NCBI GenBank assembly: GCA_015064795.1
Contig: SVRO01000002.1
Coordinates: forward strand, 1-40,306
Origin: Oscillospiraceae bacterium
GTDB lineage: Bacteria > Bacillota > Clostridia > Oscillospirales > CAG-272
Direction: 5' to 3'
Length of the DNA: 40,306 bases
Of this stretch, positions 9,782 through 16,592 are shown one piece after another. The position numbers were made by a program, and so were the translations under genes. Each line of letters starts with the position of its first letter. Positions within the stretch are counted from its first letter, which is position 1. The notes beneath the pieces were generated by a model. It was given only the letters and a program-made list of their open reading frames with translations, made no database searches and was not told the origin of the DNA.

Positions 9782-10145
9782 ATAAAGACATAAGCTTTTT
9801 GTACAAAGCATCTTCTTCTCTTATGTTGAGTTTTAACCATAAATGCTTTGAAAAGTAAACAATGATTTTTCGATAGGTTCCATCAAAAACGGTTTGATAA
9901 CGATAGTGACTAACTACGTGCCTGTAGGTACTTGAAAATCCTGTTTCAACAACCTCTTGGCGATAGCGCTTTTGTGCGGGGTATAGTGTGAGTCCGTATA
10001 TTTGCCCCCTGAAAATCCATACGATGATTTTTTTGATGCAATTTAAAAGCTGCTTTATAAATATGATGAAATAAAACAGTATCGAGGCAATTACATATAA
10101 AAGAATTGTGCTGAGAACAAGTGAAAAAAACTTCAACAAAAACAC
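9780..10145 (-). CDS. hypothetical small membrane protein (N-terminal hydrophobic helix plus ~80 aa basic/aromatic soluble region)
   Basis: 121-codon ORF in DNA that looks distinctly AT-rich by eye (not hand-counted for this gene), where random ORFs are short. The GTG start directly abuts the TAA of the upstream gene, with GGGAG 8 nt upstream. N-terminus FLLKFFSLVLSTILLYVIASILFYFIIFI. I recognise no family. Confidence 0.6.
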   Translation of the reverse strand: MFLLKFFSLVLSTILLYVIASILFYFIIFIKQLLNCIKKIIVWIFRGQIYGLTLYPAQKRYRQEVVETGFSSTYRHVVSHYRYQTVFDGTYRKIIVYFSKHLWLKLNIREEDALYKKLMSL

Positions 10146-10844
10146 TTATTTTGCTCCCGTATCAGCGCCGCCCTGGCACATAGGGCATTTTTTCAGATGG
10201 ATATCCGAGCCATTGGCGTAATATTCGTGCAGACAATTCTCACAACGCATATTATATAGCCAATTGGTTGGATTTGTTCCTCGCATATCGGTTTTCCCCA
10301 AATTGATCTGGTTGTTTCTATTGACATATCCGGCAACCGTTGCGCAGTTTTTGAATTTTTCTTGATTGTTCATAATAATCTCCTTAACATTATTCCAAAG
10401 TAAAATTTTTTGGTTATTGGTAACTTCAAATACTTTTCCGTGTGATTTTTCATCATCAAATTTCATTTGAGCAAAATTGTTGGCAAACGTAGCAACGAAC
10501 TCGTCGGGATGATTTTCCTTGTCGCTGCAACGAAGCATAAGGTCAGGATAGGGAACTTCTCCTTTTTCTTCCAATATTTGCAAATAGGCGCGAATGATTT
10601 TGCTGGGAATTACCATAGGCTTAGCTGCCCATTTTGGGATTTTGTGAATGGCTTTTTCAAAATTTCTGTTCGTGTTCCCACCTTGAATTTCGGTTTGATA
10701 TGACGAAGCGGTTTGAGAAAAGGTTTGAACAACATAGGCTTTCATCAAACTTTCAATTGCCGTATCCCTGTTTTCTCCTGTGAGTTGTAATGCCATATCA
10801 AAGCGTTTGAATAGATCTTCATTGATTTCAAAACTGACTTTCAT
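10146..10844 (-). CDS. hypothetical protein: N-terminal ribbon-helix-helix-like DNA-binding domain, unknown middle domain, C-terminal CxxC...CxxC zinc ribbon
   Basis: Start trimmed to the ATG at 10844 (MKVSFEINEDL...), with GGAGG 7 nt upstream. The beta-strand / helix / helix pattern KVSFEINEDLFKRFDMALQLTGENRDTAIESLMKAYV is typical of CopG/Arc/MetJ. C-terminus reads MRCENCLHEYYANGSDIHLKKCPMCQGG. Low GC. Confidence 0.7.
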   Translation of the reverse strand: MKVSFEINEDLFKRFDMALQLTGENRDTAIESLMKAYVVQTFSQTASSYQTEIQGGNTNRNFEKAIHKIPKWAAKPMVIPSKIIRAYLQILEEKGEVPYPDLMLRCSDKENHPDEFVATFANNFAQMKFDDEKSHGKVFEVTNNQKILLWNNVKEIIMNNQEKFKNCATVAGYVNRNNQINLGKTDMRGTNPTNWLYNMRCENCLHEYYANGSDIHLKKCPMCQGGADTGAK

Positions 10845-10863
10845 TTTCTCACCTCCGGGCACA

Positions 10864-10893
10864 TTATAGCACACATTTTTTTAGTTTGTCAAT
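10864..10893 (-). promoter_or_regulatory. near-consensus extended -10 promoter of the island operon
   Basis: Minus strand TTGACA (10888-10893), 18 nt spacer, TGcTATAAT (-10 hexamer at 10864-10869), about 20 nt before the RBS. An AT-rich inverted repeat, TTTTTTAGT / ACTAAAAAA (10878-10886 / 10903-10911), brackets the -35. Confidence 0.65.
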
Positions 10894-10927
10894 ACTTTTT
10901 TACTAAAAAACTAAAATCTTTTTTAAA

Positions 10928-12403
10928 ATGAATAAAAAAATAAAACGGGCAAACACTATGTATGATTGTGAGGTGTTTGTTTTGGAAGAAAGGCTGAGTC
11001 TTGACTATGAAGCCAACGTGGCAAAGCTTGACGCGCTTTTTCGCGTCAAAGAGAATTTTGACGTCATCAAAAAGCCGCTGGTGATCGGAAATGACGAGCT
11101 TACCTTTTATTATATAGATGGATTTATCAAGGATGCCATTATGAGCAAGCTGATGATGTATCTTGTCTCTCTCAAGGGCATCGGCAAGCCCACGCCCAAT
11201 GCGGCCAAGAAGTTCCTTGACGCGCACGTGCCGTACGTGGAGACTGAGGTCACCGAAAGCCTTCGAACCATGACCACCATGATGCTCTCGGGCGCGGCAC
11301 TCATGATCGGCAGCAGCTTTGGCGACAAGGCCATCCTCATCGACGCGCGAACCTATCCCGCGCGCGAGACCGCCGAGCCCGAAAACGACCGCGTGATGCT
11401 CGGCTCGCGCGACGGCTTTGTGGAGACGCTCATTTTTAATACCGCGCTCATTCGCCGCCGCATTCGCGATACCTCGCTCACCATGCACTATCTGTCGGTG
11501 GGAAGCGCGTCGGCCACCGACGTGGTGGTGTCCTATATGAAGGGGCGAGCCGACGAGAAAAACGTGGAAAAGATTCTCGAAAAGCTCAAAAACGTAAAGG
11601 CCGAGGCCTTGCCGCTTGGTCACCAGTCGCTTTCTGAGTGTCTTGTGAGGAGTGGGTGGTACAATCCCTTTCCCAAGGTACGAACCACCGAGCGTCCCGA
11701 TACCGCCGCCGCGCATCTTCTTGAGGGGAGCATTTTGGTTATCGTTGACAACTCACCCGAAGTCATGATCCTGCCCACGAGTCTTTTTGACTTCTTGCAG
11801 GAGACAGGGGATTACTATTTTCCGCCTCTCACGGGCACCTTCCTTCGCATTTTAAGGCAAGCCATCATGTTTTTGACGCTCTTTATGACGCCCATCTGGT
11901 TTCTGTTTATCAAAAATCCCTCTCTCGTGCCCGCGTGGTTGGCCTTCACGCTCCCCGAGGAGATGGGAAAGATCCCCATTTTTGCACAGCTGATCCTGAC
12001 CGAATTCGTCATTGACGGGCTTCGCATGGCCTCGATGAACACGCCCGATATGCTCTCCAACTCGCTTTCGGTGGTGGGCGGACTTATCTTAGGTGATTTT
12101 GCCATCAGTGTCGGTTGGCTGATACCCGAGGTCATTCTCTATATGGCTTTCGTTTCAATCGCTAACTTTTCACAGCGGAACTACGAGCTGGCCTACGCCT
12201 TCAAATTCCTGCGTCTTATGATCCTCATTCTAACGGCGATCTTCAATATTTGGGGCTTTGTGATCGGTACGCTCCTCGCTCTTGTTCTTATGGCGACCAA
12301 CAAGACCGTGCTCGGCACCCGAAGCTACCTCTATCCCATCATTCCGTTTAACCCCAAGGCCTTCGCCGCCCTCTTCTTCCGCGTGAAAAAACGTGATGTT
12401 TAA
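10928..12403 (+). CDS. GerA-family spore germination protein (SpoVAF-like)
   Basis: About 490 aa, with a soluble N-terminal domain (TFYYIDGFIKD...) followed by several C-terminal TM helices, the typical GerA/SpoVAF layout. The start is uncertain: 10928 has no RBS, whereas the TTG at 10982 has GAGGTG 6 nt upstream. Confidence 0.7.
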   Translation: MNKKIKRANTMYDCEVFVLEERLSLDYEANVAKLDALFRVKENFDVIKKPLVIGNDELTFYYIDGFIKDAIMSKLMMYLVSLKGIGKPTPNAAKKFLDAHVPYVETEVTESLRTMTTMMLSGAALMIGSSFGDKAILIDARTYPARETAEPENDRVMLGSRDGFVETLIFNTALIRRRIRDTSLTMHYLSVGSASATDVVVSYMKGRADEKNVEKILEKLKNVKAEALPLGHQSLSECLVRSGWYNPFPKVRTTERPDTAAAHLLEGSILVIVDNSPEVMILPTSLFDFLQETGDYYFPPLTGTFLRILRQAIMFLTLFMTPIWFLFIKNPSLVPAWLAFTLPEEMGKIPIFAQLILTEFVIDGLRMASMNTPDMLSNSLSVVGGLILGDFAISVGWLIPEVILYMAFVSIANFSQRNYELAYAFKFLRLMILILTAIFNIWGFVIGTLLALVLMATNKTVLGTRSYLYPIIPFNPKAFAALFFRVKKRDV

Positions 12404-12738
12404 ATTTTGATTTATCGGTGGGGAAACGCTTAGGGGACTTTTTGAAAAAAGTCCCCTAAAACCCCCAAAAACTTTTCTGAAGAATTTTACTGCAAAGTTT
12501 GCGAAAACTTCATTGTAGGAGTTTTCCGAGTCATTTTGGTTCTTCGCACTTTGTGCGAAGAACATATACGCCGCGAGCCACGCGGCAGACAAAGAAAGCT
12601 CGCTTTCTTTTCTGCGCGTGCGCTGTACGCGGCTCAAAATGACGTGAAGTTTGTACATACCCATGCGAGAAAAGTTTTCGTCCACCTTTTTGGGAGGTGG
12701 CCCCGCGGGAGCGCGTCCTCCCCGATAAACATCAATTT
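12402..12738 (+). repeat. MITE-like structured intergenic repeat, copy A (long form)
   Basis: The first ~145 nt and last ~25 nt align with 26810-27054. The ends form an imperfect inverted repeat (AAATTTTGATTTATCGG vs the reverse complement AAATTGATGTTTATCGG). It contains the palindrome AGGGGACTTTTT..AAAAAGTCCCCT (12432-12457) and several further hairpins. Its left end overlaps the TAA of the upstream gene. Confidence 0.7.
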
Positions 12739-12742
12739 GTAT

Positions 12743-12775
12743 AAAAAAGCCGAGTCATCTTTGTGACTCGGTTTT
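12743..12775. terminator. rho-independent terminator (serves the minus-strand UDG gene, possibly bidirectional)
   Basis: Stem CCGAGTCA / TGACTCGG (12750-12757 / 12764-12771), flanked by A6 (12743-12748) and T4 (12772-12775). Confidence 0.75.
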
Positions 12776-12781
12776 GCGTGT

Positions 12782-13351
12782 TTATTTGGTTTTGATCTCG
12801 TCGTATTTTGCCTTGATGGCCTTCATGTCTACGAGCATTTCCTCTTTTTTGCTCGGAGAGCGGAGAAGGTAGGAGGGGTGGTAGACTGCGCACATTGAGA
12901 AGGCACCCTTATCAAACCACTTGCCATGGTCGCGTGTGATGCGGAAGTCGGGCGAGATGAGGCGCATGGCGGAAATGCGGCCAAGGCAGACGATAAGCTT
13001 TGGCTTTATGATCTTCACCTGCTCACGAAGATAGTCGAGACAGGCGTCCTCCTCCTCGGGCAGAGGGTCACGGTTTTTGGGCGGACGGCATTTGAGAATG
13101 TTGGCGATGTACACATCCTTGCGGTCAATGTCCACAGCGTAAAGAAAACGGTCAAAAAGCTGACCCGCGCGGCCCACGAAGGGTGTGCCGCTCAGATCCT
13201 CCTGCTCACCGGGGGCTTCTCCCACGAACATAAGATCGGCGTTCGGGTTTCCCGTACCGAACACGCAGTTGGTTTTGGTTGCTCCAAGGGCGCATTTTTC
13301 ACAGTTCTTGCAACGTAAATACAGCTCGTCAAGCGTTCCGTTCCGTTCCAT
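12782..13351 (-). CDS. uracil-DNA glycosylase, family 4
   Basis: GEAPGEQED and HPSYLLR motifs. N-terminal Cys residues CKNCEKC for the Fe-S cluster. RBS GGAGGA. Confidence 0.85.
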   Translation of the reverse strand: MERNGTLDELYLRCKNCEKCALGATKTNCVFGTGNPNADLMFVGEAPGEQEDLSGTPFVGRAGQLFDRFLYAVDIDRKDVYIANILKCRPPKNRDPLPEEEDACLDYLREQVKIIKPKLIVCLGRISAMRLISPDFRITRDHGKWFDKGAFSMCAVYHPSYLLRSPSKKEEMLVDMKAIKAKYDEIKTK

Positions 13352-13380
13352 AAATCCTCCAAAAACCGAAATGATACTAT

Positions 13381-13409
13381 ATTATAACATATATTTTCGG
13401 TTTTTGCAA
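13381..13409 (-). promoter_or_regulatory. putative promoter of the UDG gene, embedded in the mecA terminator hairpin
   Basis: Minus strand TTGCAA (13404-13409), 17 nt spacer, TGtTATAAT (-10 at 13381-13386). The flanking arms AAAAACCGAAA / TTTCGGTTTTT could form the mecA terminator stem. Confidence 0.45.
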
Positions 13410-13412
13410 GAG

Positions 13413-14039
13413 TTAAAGCACACCAAGCGTTTCTACGGCCTCTTTTTCGCAAATACACGTGCCATGCTCCCGTATGTAAAGGCGGAGGGTGTCGGCGCAT
13501 GTGAGGGTGCCGTACTCGGTGATAAAGGACAGGCGGTCAAGTGCGGCATAGGTCTTCATCTGTCTTTCGCTTACGATCAGATAGCATTTTCCGCCCGTCT
13601 CGCGATAGGCCTCACTTTTCCCGTGCCAGCCGAGGTCGCGGAGGCGTCGACATACTGCAAGGAGCGCGGAAAGCTCGTCAAAGACATAGGCGTTCACCCG
13701 CTCGCGTCCGCCGTCGTCGATGCGCTCAAGCACGGTCTTTGTGATCCTTCCGTTTAATAGGGAGGTCTTTTTTTCGCCCTCCTCGGCACAGAGCAAATTC
13801 ATTTTTGTGACGAACATTTCGCAGCCCCCCTGCTTAGAGGGGTAAAGCTGAATGAATACGCGGTCGCCTGCGGCGTTGAAGCCGGTTTGGTTTTTGGCGT
13901 CGTCAAGAATGCTCCAAAAGGCGCGCCGCGTTGCTGTATCGTCATAATCGGCCGTTCGCGCGTCAAGGGCGTATTTTTCCATGTCTTCGCCCGTTAGCAT
14001 GATCTTGAGCTTGCTTGCGCTGATCCGGATAAGTTCCAT
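13413..14039 (-). CDS. mecA: adaptor protein MecA
   Basis: Start trimmed to MELIRISASKLKIMLTGEDMEKY (RBS AAGGAGG). The overall pattern matches MecA: an N-terminal domain, a variable linker and a C-terminal domain (...YLIVSE...ITEYG...YIREHG...). Confidence 0.75.
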   Translation of the reverse strand: MELIRISASKLKIMLTGEDMEKYALDARTADYDDTATRRAFWSILDDAKNQTGFNAAGDRVFIQLYPSKQGGCEMFVTKMNLLCAEEGEKKTSLLNGRITKTVLERIDDGGRERVNAYVFDELSALLAVCRRLRDLGWHGKSEAYRETGGKCYLIVSERQMKTYAALDRLSFITEYGTLTCADTLRLYIREHGTCICEKEAVETLGVL

Positions 14040-14137
14040 GAATAGTCCTCCTTTTTGTTGTATTAACATTATAGTCGTTTTTCCGTAAAAATGTAACCCT
14101 TAAAATATGGAAAGCAAGCAAAAAAGTCCCATTTTCA

Positions 14138-14166
14138 TTGACGAAATGGAAATTTCATGATATACT
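14138..14166 (+). promoter_or_regulatory. putative promoter of the helicase gene
   Basis: TTGACG (14138-14143), 17 nt spacer, TGaTATACT (-10 at 14161-14166). The ORF-track TTG start at 14138 is actually the -35 box. Confidence 0.55.
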
Positions 14167-14194
14167 TGATATAAATACAGGAAAGGAGAGCCGT

Positions 14195-16561
14195 ATGAAA
14201 TACAGAATTTCGGACAATACCATAGAGCTCTCCTTATCCGAGCTTTGTACGATGGCGTGTGGTTCCTCGCCGCTTGGCGATGGCGTGCGAGAGTCGTTGT
14301 ATGAAGAACAAACGCTTTTCCCGCGCGATTATCGCAGAAATGTGGCACTTTCGGGCTGTGTGGAGCTCGATGGGGTACGCTATGAGCTGGCGGGTGTTAC
14401 CGACGGTGTTTTTTGTGCGAACGGCACATGGACGGTGGACGTAGTGCGTATGGCCGACGCGCGCGAGCTTCGTATACCGAGGGGCGAGTGGAAGAGCTAC
14501 GGTCAGCTTTTGGCCTTCCTTTTGGCCGAGAGAGAGCAGGCTAAGTCTGTGGAGGTGCGTACGGTTCTTGTGGGACGCGAGGGCGGCGTCAAAACGTCGG
14601 CAAAAAAGATCTCGCGCGAGAGCTTACACGGTTTTGTGACCACGCTTTTGTCTCTTTTGACCTTTTACACGAAAAAGCTCATGGAGCGCGAAACGGACAG
14701 TCGGCCGAGTGCCGACGGTGTTCCTTTTCCATTTCCTGAAATTCGGGAAGGGCAGGAGGAAATGATCCGCGGGGCGATGACGGCCATCCGCCGCGAGAAG
14801 CGGCTTTTTGCCTGCGCGCCCACGGGCATCGGCAAAACCATGTCGGCACTTTATCCCGCCGTGCGCGCCTTTGGCGCGGGGCTTTGCGACAAGATCTTTT
14901 ATCTGACGGCCAAAACCAGCACCTCGCTTGAGGCCTATCACGCCGCAGGCAAGCTTTTTGAGGCGGGGGCGCACCTTCGGACGATCGTTCTCGCGTCCAA
15001 GGAGTCGATGTGCAAGCGTCACGGTGGCTGTGGAAAATATTGCAATTCCCGTGACTGTGAGAAGCTTCGCAATCCTATGGAGCGAACGAGGGAAGCAATC
15101 GGTGAGCTTCTTGACAAGCAAAACGGCTTTTATCCGGCGGTCATTCGTGAGGCGGCGGCAAAGCACAACGTATGTCCGCATGAGCTGGCACTCGACCTAT
15201 CGGAGCTTTGTGATATTATTGTTTGCGATTATAACTATCTTTGGGATCCCATGGTATATCTGCAGCGTTATTTCGGCGAGGAACGCCGTTTTGGCGAATA
15301 TGTCTTTTTGATTGACGAGGCGCACAATCTGGTCGATCGCGCGCGGGGGATGTTTACCGCAACGCTTTCGGCATTGCGCTTGCAGGAGATCTTTGATGCA
15401 ATACCCATGAAAAACCACCCGCTTTCTCCATCGATGGCGAAGGTGCTTTCTGCTATGGAGGAAACGCGCGAAATGTGCCGCGAGAACCGTCAGGCGCAGG
15501 CGGACGGAACGACGACGGGGTATTATATCGGGCAAGAGCGCGCGGCGGCGCTCGACCGTGCAGTTCTTGCTTTTTCCGAAAAAGCAAAGGCTTGGCTTCT
15601 CGCTAACCGTGAGGACGAGCTATACGACATTATTAACGAGCTTTTGCGTGAAATGCAGCGCTATGCGGCAATTCTTGCACGTTACGACGAAAAATTCATT
15701 ACCTATATTGAGGAGACGGAGGGGGAGACCAAGATATCGCTGATCTGTTTGGATCCTACCGAGGTGGTGGGCGAGCGCTTGGATATGGCGCGGGCAGCGG
15801 TGCTTTTCTCGGCCACGCTCACGCCACTCACCTATTTTTCCGACCTGCTTGGCGGTGGTAAGCGCGCAACATACTTGGAGCTTGCCTCTCCTTACGCCGC
15901 TGAAAATCTTTGTGTGGCGGCGGTGGATACCATCAGCACGCGCTTTGAGGATCGCGACAAGACCTACAAAAAGACGGCTACCTATATTGCCGCGGCGGTC
16001 TCGGCAAAGAAGGGAAATTATATGGTCTATTTTCCTTCCTACCGCTATCTCGAAAAGGTACACGAGGCTTTTTGCAAAAAATATCCCGACGTTTGCACCA
16101 TTGTACAGAAGCGTGGTATGAATCTTGCGGAAAAGGAGGCATTTTTGGCATCCTTTCCGGAGGACACGGGCAAAATGCGCATTGGCTTTTGCGTGCTGGG
16201 CGGAAGCTTTTCCGAGGGCGTTGACCTGCCGGGAAGTCGCCTCATCGGCAGTATCATCGTGGGCGTGGGGCTGCCCGGCTTCTCCAGTGAGCGCAATATC
16301 ATGCGCGATTACTTCCAAAACCGCTACGAGAACGGCTTTGAGTATGCTTACACCTACGCGGGCATGAATAACGTACTGCAGGCGGCGGGGCGTGTGATAC
16401 GGCGTGAGGAGGATCGAGGGATCGTGGTGCTGATCGACGATCGATACGGTACGCCAACCTATCAAAAGCTCTTTCCTAAACATTGGGAGCACTTGAAATA
16501 TGCAGGAAATCCATCGTCTCTTGCAGAAATTGTTCGAAAATTCTGGGAACATTGCAAATAA
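14195..16561 (+). CDS. XPD/DinG (Rad3)-family ATP-dependent DNA helicase with an N-terminal PD-(D/E)xK-like (Cas4/RecB-like) nuclease domain
   Basis: ATG at 14195 with RBS AAAGGAGAG. Walker A is CAPTGIGKT and the DEAH box is LIDEAHNL. A Cys-rich insert (CKRHGGCGKYCNSRDC ... VCPHE) is consistent with the Fe-S domain. A C-terminal helicase domain is present (GSFSEGVDLPG, AGRVIRRE). The ~185 aa N-terminal extension has SLSELC, GVTDGV, VDVVR and a QLLAF (QxxxY-like) motif. Confidence 0.8.
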   Translation: MKYRISDNTIELSLSELCTMACGSSPLGDGVRESLYEEQTLFPRDYRRNVALSGCVELDGVRYELAGVTDGVFCANGTWTVDVVRMADARELRIPRGEWKSYGQLLAFLLAEREQAKSVEVRTVLVGREGGVKTSAKKISRESLHGFVTTLLSLLTFYTKKLMERETDSRPSADGVPFPFPEIREGQEEMIRGAMTAIRREKRLFACAPTGIGKTMSALYPAVRAFGAGLCDKIFYLTAKTSTSLEAYHAAGKLFEAGAHLRTIVLASKESMCKRHGGCGKYCNSRDCEKLRNPMERTREAIGELLDKQNGFYPAVIREAAAKHNVCPHELALDLSELCDIIVCDYNYLWDPMVYLQRYFGEERRFGEYVFLIDEAHNLVDRARGMFTATLSALRLQEIFDAIPMKNHPLSPSMAKVLSAMEETREMCRENRQAQADGTTTGYYIGQERAAALDRAVLAFSEKAKAWLLANREDELYDIINELLREMQRYAAILARYDEKFITYIEETEGETKISLICLDPTEVVGERLDMARAAVLFSATLTPLTYFSDLLGGGKRATYLELASPYAAENLCVAAVDTISTRFEDRDKTYKKTATYIAAAVSAKKGNYMVYFPSYRYLEKVHEAFCKKYPDVCTIVQKRGMNLAEKEAFLASFPEDTGKMRIGFCVLGGSFSEGVDLPGSRLIGSIIVGVGLPGFSSERNIMRDYFQNRYENGFEYAYTYAGMNNVLQAAGRVIRREEDRGIVVLIDDRYGTPTYQKLFPKHWEHLKYAGNPSSLAEIVRKFWEHCK

Positions 16562-16592
16562 TTTGTTATTTTTGCAAAAAACAAATTTCTAC

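Noticed and set aside
10467-10703. 78-aa plus-strand ORF inside the island, antisense to the RHH/Zn-ribbon gene.
   Set aside because: It has no RBS, it is fully contained antisense to a better-supported longer ORF that has an RBS and promoter, and its sequence is low-complexity.
12230-12766. ORFs drawn through the repeats: 12230-12685 (-), 12536-12766 (+), 26305-26871 (-), 26822-27118 (+).
   Set aside because: The two repeat copies differ by indels that shift the frame, so no peptide is conserved between them. The sequences are hairpin-dominated and several of these ORFs start at non-ATG codons without an RBS.
14138-14194. N-terminal extensions in the ORF track: helicase 14138, recA 18165, nnrD 25780, glgD 33722, glgP 36273, mecA 14069, RHH protein 10874, aminotransferase 16630, GldG-like 28579.
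   Set aside because: These begin at upstream alternative or in-frame start codons. They overlap promoters or the preceding gene and lack an RBS. In each case an internal start with a good Shine-Dalgarno sequence yields the canonical N-terminus.
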